64,000 nucleotides of DNA, taken from the IMG/VR virus record IMGVR_UViG_3300037418_002332; one strand, written 5' to 3'. Positions 27,877 to 37,434 of the stretch are shown one piece after another. Below the pieces are notes generated by a model. It was not told the origin of the DNA and searched no databases. It was given only the letters and a program-made list of their open reading frames with translations. The translations under genes were made by a program, and so were the position numbers. Within the stretch, counting starts at the first letter, position 1, and the number at the start of each line of letters is the position of its first letter. Source of the stretch: a virus. Lineage: Duplodnaviria; Caudoviricetes.

Positions 27877-28542
27877 ATGAAACGTTTTGGGGAATCGTTG
27901 ATTTTGGCCTTTGTTCTGACATACTTTTCGTATGGCATTGGCCAGTATATGGGTTGGGTCAAGGAACTCAATCTGATGGAAATTTTCTCAGTGTTCACGA
28001 CATACTCATGTACTTACATGTGTGTGAAGCAGACGCGCTGGAATTATCCAATGGGAGCACTGGCGACAGCTTCGCTTTGCTATGTGTTTTATCAGGCTGA
28101 TCTACTAGGTCAGGCTGCTCAGAATGCACTGCTTACACCTTGGCTATTGTATGGATGGTTTCGTTGGCGTGCTGATGCGATCACTCGTCCAGTTACCAGT
28201 GTTTTCTCTGATTCCAAGGTTTGGTTGACAGGTTATGTCGGTCTGACTGCAATCAGCTATCTGGTTTGCCTGAAAGCGATCGAAGCTTATGGTGGAACGA
28301 TGGCTCCACTAGATACTCTGATTCTAGTTCTTTCAATTCTGGCACAAATCATGCTTGATAACAAGAAACTGGAAAATTGGTATCTATGGGCAGTGGTCAA
28401 TGTGATTGCGATCTACGTCAACTTCGAAGCACTTCCAATGGTTGCAATGCAGTTCGTGTTCCTACTCGCTAACACTGTCTGGGGTTGGTCTGATTGGGCT
28501 CATTCTCAGAATCAGGATAAGAAAGAACTTGCAAATGTATGA
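27877..28542 (+). CDS. pnuC: nicotinamide riboside transporter PnuC
   Basis: 7 TM; WNYPMG, YGWFRW, LDTLILVLSILAQ, KKLENWYLWAVVN. Confidence 0.85.
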   Translation: MKRFGESLILAFVLTYFSYGIGQYMGWVKELNLMEIFSVFTTYSCTYMCVKQTRWNYPMGALATASLCYVFYQADLLGQAAQNALLTPWLLYGWFRWRADAITRPVTSVFSDSKVWLTGYVGLTAISYLVCLKAIEAYGGTMAPLDTLILVLSILAQIMLDNKKLENWYLWAVVNVIAIYVNFEALPMVAMQFVFLLANTVWGWSDWAHSQNQDKKELANV

Positions 28543-29575
28543 CGGCATCCTTTTGATGACGGCTCTTCTTCCGACGCGTGGGCACCAGTATCTTATTGAC
28601 TTCGCGTCGGAATATGCGGGCGGGAAATTGCTGGTGATTATCAGTTCCCGCTCCAAGGAGCCGATCGCTGGTGAAGATCGTTACAAAGCTTTTCGCAAGC
28701 ACTATCTTCACAATCCAAAGGTCATCATCCAGTTGATGGAAGATGATGACGCTCCGCAGAATCCTTCGGGTCCAGATGATGAACCATTTTGGGCATATTG
28801 GAAGAATGTGATGGTGACATATGCTCGTCGTCACGGCATCAGCGATATTCGTGAAGTGTATGCGTCTGAACCATATGGGCAAAAGCTGGCTGATTTGGTT
28901 GGTGCGCGTTTCGTTCCTTGCGATATTGCTCGACAAATTCTTCACATTTCGTCAACCGAAGTCCGTCAGGATACAGTGAAGCACTTTCATCAAATTTTGC
29001 CTGAAATGCAGCAGCACTTCCAAACGCGAGTGACGATCTTTGGTGCTGAGTCGTGCGGTAAAACAACGATGGCCAAGAAGCTTCATACTGAATATGACAG
29101 TTATTTCGTTCCTGAATGGGCAAGGGAATTCCTTGAAACAGTTGGAACTGAAATCACTGAAGAAAAGATGGAAACGATTTATCTTGCTCAGTATGCATCT
29201 CAGAAGGCAACCGCAGCCTTGGGTGGTGTTCCGTACATTTTCCAAGACACTGATTTGCTTTCAACGATTGGATATTACAAGATCATGGGTTACATGGTTC
29301 ACCCATTGCTGGTTCAATTGTTCAATGAAACTAAGTCTGATCTTTACATCGTGATGAACGATGGAATTCCTTTTGAGAAAGATCCTTTGCGTTATGGTGG
29401 TGATGTTCGCCAGAGCGGAACCCAATTTTGGATTGATTTGCTCGAAAAATATGAATGCAATTATTATGTTGTTCAAAATCGTGAGCGAGACTATCAATTG
29501 GGTGAAGTGAAATTTGAAATTGATCGCTTTACGAAAGATAAATTCAAGCCTATAGTGGATTTCCAACGCGAATAA
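28535..29575 (+). CDS. nadR: NadR-like NMN adenylyltransferase / ribosylnicotinamide kinase (no HTH)
   Basis: LPTRGH, YASEPYG, ISSTEVR; GAESCGKTT, PEWARE, DTD, DPLR. Confidence 0.85.
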   Translation: MYDGILLMTALLPTRGHQYLIDFASEYAGGKLLVIISSRSKEPIAGEDRYKAFRKHYLHNPKVIIQLMEDDDAPQNPSGPDDEPFWAYWKNVMVTYARRHGISDIREVYASEPYGQKLADLVGARFVPCDIARQILHISSTEVRQDTVKHFHQILPEMQQHFQTRVTIFGAESCGKTTMAKKLHTEYDSYFVPEWAREFLETVGTEITEEKMETIYLAQYASQKATAALGGVPYIFQDTDLLSTIGYYKIMGYMVHPLLVQLFNETKSDLYIVMNDGIPFEKDPLRYGGDVRQSGTQFWIDLLEKYECNYYVVQNRERDYQLGEVKFEIDRFTKDKFKPIVDFQRE

Positions 29576-29590
29576 GCTGGAGGTTCCCTT

Positions 29591-29863
29591 ATGTTCTTTT
29601 GTTATAGTGACAGTGCTGAACCGTTCACCGGATCGATCACAAAACTTGATCCGAATAAATGTTTTATGAAGCATTATGGAAATTCATTGTATTTGAATTT
29701 CATCTTCAACTCTTCAACGGATGGTGTTGAAAGGCGACAAGCTAACAAAGAAATCCAAATGGCTGATAAAAAGATGGCCTACTGGAGAAAGCATCCAGAT
29801 TTTAGTCTGGCTATCGTCGAACCGAAAATGAAAGCTGAAAAAGCAAAATGGCGCACGACCTAA
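29591..29863 (+). CDS. hypothetical protein
   Basis: GGAGG SD. Confidence 0.55.
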   Translation: MFFCYSDSAEPFTGSITKLDPNKCFMKHYGNSLYLNFIFNSSTDGVERRQANKEIQMADKKMAYWRKHPDFSLAIVEPKMKAEKAKWRTT

Positions 29864-31008
29864 AACTCTTCAATTCATTGACTGGGTCTAAAGATGTGTT
29901 CGTTCCTATGGACGATCAAAGTGTTAAGATGTATGTCTGTGGACCAACTTTATATGCACCATTGCATGTTGGCAATCTCCGACCAATGATCGTTTTTGAT
30001 CTGTTATATCGCATTTTGCGTGAATTGTATGGTATAGATCAAGTCATCTATGCACGCAATATCACAGATTATGATCAAAAGGTCATGACTGCGGTGAACA
30101 ACAGTTCCCTTGATTTCTCGACATTCATGTCAAGTCAAATTCAAGAATTCAATGCCTATGAAACTTTGTTAGGATTGATACCACCTGATTTTGAGCCGCG
30201 TGTAACAAAATATGTCACAAGCATTCGTACATATATCAACAAGTTGACTGAAAAAGGCAAAACATACGAAATTGATGGTATCATCTATTTGAGAAATCGT
30301 GCATTCAATGTTGGAATGCTTTCACGCAAACCTTATGTTGATTTAACACATAACAGAATTGAACCTGATCCAAACAAGGAAGACCCAAGGGATTTCATTC
30401 TTTGGAAACCAATTCCAAACGATTACGAATTTGGATTTGAATATCCTGAATCATCACCATTGCATTCAACGGAAGCCAAAGGCCAACCTGGATGGCACAT
30501 TGAATGTTCAGCAATGGCTGAAGAAGTTCTTGGATCAAAGATTGATATTCATGGTGGTGGTGAAGACTTGATGTTTCCTCATCATGAGAACGAAATTTCA
30601 CAATGCTATGCTCGTCATGGTCATTTTATGTCCAAGTTTTGGCTCCACAATGGATTTGTTACCAATTCTAAAGGTCAAAAATTTGGCAAAAGTCTGGACA
30701 ATGCAATTACAGTCAATGAAGCATTGAACAAATTTGGCGGTGAAGTGATTCGCTTTTATATGTTGATGACTCATTACCGCAGTCCAAAAACTTGGTCCCT
30801 TGAAGGATTGGTAGAAGCTCAAACTATTTTTATGAAATTCCAAAATTTGACTCATGGTGTTTTCCATCCGTACAACAAACCACCAACCGAGTTTTGGGAT
30901 GCCTTGATGAATGATATGAATACGCCATTGGCAATTGCGAAGATGCATGAGTATGCGAAGAAGGACATTTTCAGTTTAGATATCTGCATGCGTTGGCTTG
31001 GATTTTAG
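29848..31008 (+). CDS. cysS: cysteinyl-tRNA synthetase homolog lacking the C-terminal anticodon-binding domain
   Basis: YVCGPT, HVGN, DFILWK, GQPGWHIECSAM, DIHGGGEDLMFPHHENE, KFGKS, DALMNDMNTP; stops at 386 aa. Confidence 0.9.
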   Translation: MAHDLKLFNSLTGSKDVFVPMDDQSVKMYVCGPTLYAPLHVGNLRPMIVFDLLYRILRELYGIDQVIYARNITDYDQKVMTAVNNSSLDFSTFMSSQIQEFNAYETLLGLIPPDFEPRVTKYVTSIRTYINKLTEKGKTYEIDGIIYLRNRAFNVGMLSRKPYVDLTHNRIEPDPNKEDPRDFILWKPIPNDYEFGFEYPESSPLHSTEAKGQPGWHIECSAMAEEVLGSKIDIHGGGEDLMFPHHENEISQCYARHGHFMSKFWLHNGFVTNSKGQKFGKSLDNAITVNEALNKFGGEVIRFYMLMTHYRSPKTWSLEGLVEAQTIFMKFQNLTHGVFHPYNKPPTEFWDALMNDMNTPLAIAKMHEYAKKDIFSLDICMRWLGF

Positions 31009-31023
31009 TGCTTTACTTCCTGG

Positions 31024-31058
31024 TTCTTTTCATTTATAAATATTGTAAATGGAGAGAA
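31024..31058 (+). promoter_or_regulatory. TATAAATA late promoter in an SD-sequestering hairpin, overlapped by an early TTTACT-N17-TATAAA
   Basis: TTCTTTTCATTT / AAATGGAGAGAA 12-bp stem; TATAAATA 31035-31042. Confidence 0.65.
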
Positions 31059-31066
31059 GGGTTCCC

Positions 31067-32161
31067 ATGAAAAAGTTTAGTAAATTCCTCGTTGAATCAG
31101 TTCAGACGTCTCAGTCTGATATTGACGCATTGAAAGGATTGTCGTCTTATATGGACGGCAAGCAGAAGGATAAGTTTCTTGAAGCTGTTGACAAGCTTTG
31201 GGCTGGTACCCAAGCTAAGTCAATTTACAATGCCGACTTCGGTGAATTGACTTCTTATGGATTGATTCGCCGCCTTGATGAAGTTCGTGAAAAGCTGCGC
31301 GGCAAGATTATAGAGCAGCTTCGTTCTACAAATTTCGCTGATGATTCCCAAGGTTATGGATTTTATGTAAATTCCATCGCCAAGGAAAATCGTCACTGGG
31401 AAAAGCTGGCTTCCAAGTATCCCGAATATGCTGCCTTTTGGAAGACCGTTGCTTTCCTTCCTGATTGGTTCAAGGAAATGAAGGGTTACATTGTCAAGGG
31501 ACGCAAGCCGAAGGAAGTTGATCCTTCCGCTCCTCCTGTTTGGCAAAAGCCGATGATTCCAGTCGAAGCCAAGAAGAAAGCAGTTGAGTTTCTCACTCAG
31601 GCTGTTGATCAAATTCGTCAGGACTATTACAAGTCAATGACTGAATCCTTCATTAAGCAGGCTGAAGCTCTGCAGAAGATGGCTGCAGAAGAAAATTGGG
31701 ATCGCCAAGCTTTCATGAAGAAGCACGGCAAAAGCTATATGATGCAGATGGCTGATGCAGCTTTTGCTCGTGACAACACCTATCGTCTGAATGCTCCTTT
31801 GGTTGCTAATCCTGATAAGGATGCAGTTGCCGCAAAGGCTGCTAAGCAGACTGTTGATTCTATCCTCAGTGACTTCATTGTGAAGAATTCCGACAAGCTT
31901 GGACATATTTTCGCGAAGAAGGCTGTGATCAAGGATCATAAAATCGTTTACAATCGCGTTCAAATGGGCAACCTTGAAAATGGTATGTTCTTCGCCTTTG
32001 ACGACGGTTCAAGCTTTACGATTTACAGTTCGACCGTTGTTGGCTATACGCAGCGCGGCGCACAGTTCGTGAAGTATCCTACACGTTTCACTGACGTTAG
32101 GATGAAGGATGGTTCCAAGATGGGTATGCCGTCCGAGGAGAAGATGATCAAGGAGTTCTAA
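31067..32161 (+). CDS. candidate internal head (injected) protein
   Basis: N-terminus MKKFSKFLVE resembles the T4 IP capsid-targeting sequence; late promoter. Confidence 0.55.
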   Translation: MKKFSKFLVESVQTSQSDIDALKGLSSYMDGKQKDKFLEAVDKLWAGTQAKSIYNADFGELTSYGLIRRLDEVREKLRGKIIEQLRSTNFADDSQGYGFYVNSIAKENRHWEKLASKYPEYAAFWKTVAFLPDWFKEMKGYIVKGRKPKEVDPSAPPVWQKPMIPVEAKKKAVEFLTQAVDQIRQDYYKSMTESFIKQAEALQKMAAEENWDRQAFMKKHGKSYMMQMADAAFARDNTYRLNAPLVANPDKDAVAAKAAKQTVDSILSDFIVKNSDKLGHIFAKKAVIKDHKIVYNRVQMGNLENGMFFAFDDGSSFTIYSSTVVGYTQRGAQFVKYPTRFTDVRMKDGSKMGMPSEEKMIKEF

Positions 32162-32616
32162 TGAAAGTTTCTGACGTCCCGTTCGATAAATTATACGTCG
32201 GGACGTCAGTTATTTCAGCCTTGGGAACTTATGGCACAATCACAAGCGTATCACATAATCCAAATTATGCCCCGAATGATCCTGATGGAGATTATGTTTC
32301 CATCGATTGGACCAACGGTGGTAAATCTACTCACCGTCATTACATGCTTGATAAGGTAACATTGAATATGGCAATCGAATTTGTGAATAACAGCTTGTTC
32401 ATGAATGCTGATAGATACAACAGCCTTAAGAAATACGACAATATGTATCTATCACATTTTGATTTGGTTGCTATCGTTTTCGACAAACCAACCCATGGCA
32501 TGGATGGTGTCAAAGTTTTGAAGTGTCGGTTTTGGGACACCAAAACTCATAAAGAAGTCATTGACTTCTCTGAATTTAAAATGCTTTGTGATCAATACAT
32601 TTTAAATGATGATTGA
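32161..32616 (+). CDS. hypothetical protein
   Basis: coupled ORF. Confidence 0.5.
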   Translation: MKVSDVPFDKLYVGTSVISALGTYGTITSVSHNPNYAPNDPDGDYVSIDWTNGGKSTHRHYMLDKVTLNMAIEFVNNSLFMNADRYNSLKKYDNMYLSHFDLVAIVFDKPTHGMDGVKVLKCRFWDTKTHKEVIDFSEFKMLCDQYILNDD

Positions 32617-32695
32617 CTTTTCAATCGAACAAGCCTAAATAAAATCGCGTTGGGATAGACCTGACGTTTTCAAAAAATCTAAAAGGAGTTTTTAG

Positions 32696-33754
32696 ATGCC
32701 TCGCATAAATCAATACGACTACGCAGTTTTCATGGGACGATTTGAACCATACCACGATGGACATCATACGATCGTCCTACGTGCATTGGAAGTTGCTGAC
32801 AAACTAATCTTGGTAATGGGTTCGGACAACCGTCCACGCACTATCAAAAATCCATTCAGTTCGGATGAACGACGCGCCATGATCATGGCAGCATTGACAC
32901 CTGAACAGATCGAACGTGTGTATTTTGTTGCGCAAGAAGATTACTATTACAGTGACACCAAGTGGCTGGAAAGTGTTCAGAAGAAAATCCAGACCATCGT
33001 TTGGGAAAAGTTCAATCCTGATCCAATCAAAATCACTCTGATTGGACACAAAAAGGACAATAGTTCATATTACATTGATCTTTTCCCTCAATGGGCCTTT
33101 ACGGATGTGCAAAATCATAATATGCTGTCCGCTACAAATATTCGTAACGCAATGTTCAACGGTAAAGTTGAAGGTTGGGGACCAGCGTTATGGAATCAAG
33201 TTCCTGAAGGCACACATGCTTATCTCGAACAACTTCGAATATCAAAGATCAATGAGTTCGTTTCACTGAATCGTGAATGGGCTTTCATTGAGAAATACAA
33301 GGAACAGTGGAAGTCTGCTCCATATGCACCAACCTTTGTGACTTGTGATGCGACTGTTATCCAGTCAGGTCACGTATTGCTGGTGAAGCGTCGGGCTGAA
33401 CCTGGCAAAGGTCTTTGGGCTGTTCCTGGTGGGTTCTTGAATCCAGGCGAACGAATCAAAGATGGTATTTTCCGTGAGTTGAAGGAAGAAACCAAAATTG
33501 ACGTTCCTGAAAAGGTTCTTCGTGGTTCGCTCCGTGGAATCAAAGTGTTTGACCATCCGGATCGTTCATTGCGTGGACGCACTATCACGCACAATGCTTT
33601 GATCGTTCTACCGAATGGTTCACTGCCAAAAATCAAAGGCAGTGATGACGCAGAAGTTGCCAAGTGGACACCACTTGGTGAAGTGAATTCTTCAAATATG
33701 TTTGAGGATCATTATGATATGGTTCAAATTCAAAAAGATCTCGTAACTGGCTGA
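32696..33754 (+). CDS. nadM: bifunctional NMN adenylyltransferase / ADP-ribose Nudix hydrolase (NadM-Nudix)
   Basis: GRFEPYHDGH, KNPF, SATNIR; Nudix GLWAVPGG..GE...RELKEET, GSDDA. Confidence 0.92.
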   Translation: MPRINQYDYAVFMGRFEPYHDGHHTIVLRALEVADKLILVMGSDNRPRTIKNPFSSDERRAMIMAALTPEQIERVYFVAQEDYYYSDTKWLESVQKKIQTIVWEKFNPDPIKITLIGHKKDNSSYYIDLFPQWAFTDVQNHNMLSATNIRNAMFNGKVEGWGPALWNQVPEGTHAYLEQLRISKINEFVSLNREWAFIEKYKEQWKSAPYAPTFVTCDATVIQSGHVLLVKRRAEPGKGLWAVPGGFLNPGERIKDGIFRELKEETKIDVPEKVLRGSLRGIKVFDHPDRSLRGRTITHNALIVLPNGSLPKIKGSDDAEVAKWTPLGEVNSSNMFEDHYDMVQIQKDLVTG

Positions 33755-33794
33755 GGATAGACCAAGCCAATAATTTTGCAAAGGAGTTTTGCAC

Positions 33795-35186
33795 ATGCAT
33801 AAAATTTTCGAAACAATTATCATCGACACGGACAGCTACAAATTCAGTCACTGGCTTCAATATCCTGAAGGCACGACCAAAATTTGGTCATACATTGAAC
33901 CACGCGTTGATGGCGTTGAAATGGTGAATTTCGGCCTTCAGGCTTTCGTTAAAGAATATCTGTCTGAACGAATCACCAAGGCGGACGTTGATTTTGCTGA
34001 ACGTGTCATCACTGCTCACGGATTGCCTTTCAATCGTATGGGTTGGATGACAATCGTCAATAAACATGACGGATATCTGCCAATTCTTATTGAATCCTTG
34101 CCAGAAGGAACCGTGTTTAATTCACACAATTGCCAGGTTCAGGTTGTCAATACGGATGATGAATGTTTCTGGTTGGTATCATACATCGAAACTGCATTGA
34201 TTCGTGCTCTTTGGTATCCTTCAAGTGTTGCGACAATTTCACGCAACATCAAAAAGGTTCTGAAGAAATACTGGGATTTGACTTCAGATGCTCCAATCGA
34301 AAGCATTGAGTTCAAGCTTCATGACTTTGGTTCACGCGGTGCAAGCTCACAGGAAACCGCAAAGCTTGGTGGTATGGCTCATCTTGTGAATTTCAAGGGA
34401 ACTGATACGGCTGTTGCTTTGATTGGTGCAATGCAGTGGTATGGTGATATCAACAATCCAGAAAATAACATGCCTGGTTTCTCAATCCCAGCTTCAGAAC
34501 ACTCAACAATCACCTCATGGGGTGTTGAGCACGAAGAAGATGCTTACAGAAACATGGTTCAGAAGTATGCTGGTGAAGGCAAGATTTATGCTTGTGTTTC
34601 TGACTCATATGATTTCCATCGTGCTGTCGATGACATCTGGGGGACTGATCTGAAGGATGAAATTTTGAAGGCTGGTGGAACATTGGTTGTTCGTCCTGAC
34701 TCAGGTGAACCAGTCACTGAAGTTCTATTTGCGTTGAATTCACTGTACAAAAACTTCGGTGGTGAAGTCAACTCAAAGGGATACAAGGTTTTGAATCCTT
34801 CAGTTCGTTTGATTCAAGGTGATGGCATTGATCCAACCAAGCTTGAAGAAATTCTATATGTGATGTATCAGGATGGTTGGGCAATTGACAACATTGCTTT
34901 CGGTATGGGTGGTGGGCTTCTACAAAAAGTTAATCGTGACACCTTCAGCTATGCTCAAAAGGCATGTGCTAAAGAAGTTGGTGGTGAAATCACCAACGTG
35001 TTCAAGAAACCCGCAACCGATAGCAAAAAGGCCAGCAAGAAGGGCATTCTATCAACCTATCGTGAAAATGGTAAGTGGGTGACCACCAATGACCGAATGA
35101 AGAATGAAATGATTCCGATCTTCAAGCATGGTCAACTTTTGAATGAAACCACCTTTGACGAAATCAGGGAACGTGCAAAACTATGA
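33795..35186 (+). CDS. nadV: nicotinamide phosphoribosyltransferase
   Basis: DTDSYKFSH, LHDFGSRG, PASEHS, VSDSYD, VVRPDSG, IQGDG, FGMGGGLL. Confidence 0.93.
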   Translation: MHKIFETIIIDTDSYKFSHWLQYPEGTTKIWSYIEPRVDGVEMVNFGLQAFVKEYLSERITKADVDFAERVITAHGLPFNRMGWMTIVNKHDGYLPILIESLPEGTVFNSHNCQVQVVNTDDECFWLVSYIETALIRALWYPSSVATISRNIKKVLKKYWDLTSDAPIESIEFKLHDFGSRGASSQETAKLGGMAHLVNFKGTDTAVALIGAMQWYGDINNPENNMPGFSIPASEHSTITSWGVEHEEDAYRNMVQKYAGEGKIYACVSDSYDFHRAVDDIWGTDLKDEILKAGGTLVVRPDSGEPVTEVLFALNSLYKNFGGEVNSKGYKVLNPSVRLIQGDGIDPTKLEEILYVMYQDGWAIDNIAFGMGGGLLQKVNRDTFSYAQKACAKEVGGEITNVFKKPATDSKKASKKGILSTYRENGKWVTTNDRMKNEMIPIFKHGQLLNETTFDEIRERAKL

Positions 35187-35366
35187 CACAAGATAATGTA
35201 TTGACTTTCTTTCAATGGTACTTTACAATCGGTATGATAATGCTATTGTTTGGTATCTTCGTCGAAGGAAAAAAGTTGGAGAAGTACGGAACGTTCCGCG
35301 TGTTTGTAACGTTTTGTACATATCTGATGTTTTATCCATTGGCGATCTATTTGAATTGGAAGCACA

Positions 35367-35816
35367 ATGCAAAGCGAAAATGATTTGAATCCTCGGGAAG
35401 TCGTGGAAAAGGATGGTAAAACCAAAACCATAGTCTACGACTTCTTTAAACCATTATGGGATGAAAACACAAAACAGTGGCTTTTGCAGTCAGTGAAAAC
35501 TGGTCATCAATACTGGTTTTATGAATTGACCAATCAACCTGTCAATTCACGATTTGAATCATACCATGAAGAATATCATCGCAATTTGGATGAAGCTTCA
35601 TTGTATCATATGACGCCTGTGTTTGCAACTCATTGGCTCAAAATGCTTTTGTATTATGAATCAATGGAATATGCTGACAACAAGCGGTTGCAATTTTTGA
35701 AAGATAACCTGTTGCCTGATCTTTCACCAAAGGAATCAGCCAAGGTTTCAAAAAAGTCAGAACAAGTCTACCAGTCAGCTTATCCTGAATTTTTCACGAA
35801 ATTCAATGACTGGTAA
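35367..35816 (+). CDS. hypothetical protein
   Basis: coupled ORF. Confidence 0.55.
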   Translation: MQSENDLNPREVVEKDGKTKTIVYDFFKPLWDENTKQWLLQSVKTGHQYWFYELTNQPVNSRFESYHEEYHRNLDEASLYHMTPVFATHWLKMLLYYESMEYADNKRLQFLKDNLLPDLSPKESAKVSKKSEQVYQSAYPEFFTKFNDW

Positions 35817-36058
35817 TTCTGATCTTGCCCAATATATAAATGATCATTATGGCAGATGTAAGGTGAGTCCTTGCGTCTGCCTTAAAACAGGTCCATGGCT
35901 GGGCACGTTGTGTCTGAATTGGCAACCAATCGGATGCGACAACTACGAACAACTCAAACACAAAATGAAGGAGCAATACCCATGCATCATGGAAAAGGCG
36001 GCAAAGGAAGAAGAAAAGTAGGTTCAAAGAAGCGCAGGGCAAGACAAAATAACAAGCA

Positions 36059-36334
36059 ATGATTTCAATCGAAGAACTGGTTGGACTTCCGGAGTTTATA
36101 GAAAACCCCGAATCAAAAATGTTAAAGCGTAAGGCAAACGCTGAATTTGACATGCAGTTCTTCGATCTATTGCCACAAACAATACGTGACATCTTAAATG
36201 AATCCGAAGTTCCTGTTACTGGACAAATGGCAGCAAACATCTTGCGCACCAAAAAGTTCAATGAGCAGGAAGCAGCAAAGGAAATTAGGAGAATAATTAA
36301 TGAGTTCAAAGCAAACTATTTTCGATCAATATGA
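36059..36334 (+). CDS. hypothetical protein
   Basis: ORF. Confidence 0.5.
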   Translation: MISIEELVGLPEFIENPESKMLKRKANAEFDMQFFDLLPQTIRDILNESEVPVTGQMAANILRTKKFNEQEAAKEIRRIINEFKANYFRSI

Positions 36335-36593
36335 TATTGACGATATCCGAGATATGTTCACCTATGGCTGGTCAACACCAGACGGTTGGGAAAAGGTCAG
36401 TGAGGAATTTACTGGCTACGACGAAGGCAGCGTGACGACTGAATATGTTTACAAGCATATTGATTCAGACCGTTATTTTGCATATGATCACGTCTCAAAT
36501 TCATGGGCTGATTACGATGAACCATTCGAATTGGATGATGTTCGTGAAGTCAAGCCTGTCCAAGTAACTGTTACAAAATATGAGTCAATCTGA
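36300..36593 (+). CDS. small acidic protein, DSW/VxP paralog family
   Basis: NSWADY...EVKPVQVTVTKYE. Confidence 0.6.
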   Translation: MSSKQTIFDQYDIDDIRDMFTYGWSTPDGWEKVSEEFTGYDEGSVTTEYVYKHIDSDRYFAYDHVSNSWADYDEPFELDDVREVKPVQVTVTKYESI

Positions 36594-37434
36594 GCTTGAT
36601 TTCGAAATTCATCGATCTGAGCTTGATAATTCTGTAAATTACAGTTTTGAATATGAAGGATCATTGGTCGAGTGTCGTTTTGTTCAACGCGACACCGACC
36701 AGATCATTGCATATCTCTCAAGCCAAAATGGGTGCAACAAGTCTTGTAGATTTTGTTGGTTGACGCAAACAGGTCAAACATCAATGGTTGATGTCACACC
36801 TGAATTGTTTGTTGCACAACTTGATACAATTCTTTGGCAAAATCAAGAAAAGATCAAACCTGGCATTCGTTTGAATGTAAATTTCATGGCTCGTGGTGAG
36901 CCATTGGCTAACGAACATATCATTGGTAATTGGCCATATTTGGCAGGATTGTTGTTGGATTGTGCAACTCTTTGGGGTGTAAATCCAGATAATGTGAAAT
37001 TGAATCTTTCAACGATCATTCCTCGGGAATTGATCAACGAAATGACAATTCAACATATTGTTGAGAATGAACCTCACACTTGGATTTATTGGTCATATTA
37101 CAGCCATCAAATGGCATTTCGTAAACGTTGGATGCCAAAAGCTGCGAATGTATCAGATTGCCTTGAGTTTCTGGGCAATTATCCGAGAGTGGTTATTCAT
37201 TCTGCCTTCATTCATCAAGAGAATGATCAAATCAAAAATCTGAAACAGATGTTGTATGACCATCCAAATTGGAAAATGAATATCGTTCGTTACAATCCTT
37301 ATTCAGAAGCCCAAGGCGAAGAAGCACACAATATCGATGAGATACAACAGGAACTGGCTGAATTTGCTGACACACACATCGTACCAAGAGTTGGTTTCGA
37401 TGTGAAAGCATCTTGCGGTATGTTCCTCAAATAA
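36580..37434 (+). CDS. RlmN/Cfr-like radical SAM enzyme
   Basis: SSQNGCNKSCRFC, FMARGEP, NLST, NIVRYNP, ASCG. Confidence 0.8.
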   Translation: MSQSELDFEIHRSELDNSVNYSFEYEGSLVECRFVQRDTDQIIAYLSSQNGCNKSCRFCWLTQTGQTSMVDVTPELFVAQLDTILWQNQEKIKPGIRLNVNFMARGEPLANEHIIGNWPYLAGLLLDCATLWGVNPDNVKLNLSTIIPRELINEMTIQHIVENEPHTWIYWSYYSHQMAFRKRWMPKAANVSDCLEFLGNYPRVVIHSAFIHQENDQIKNLKQMLYDHPNWKMNIVRYNPYSEAQGEEAHNIDEIQQELAEFADTHIVPRVGFDVKASCGMFLK

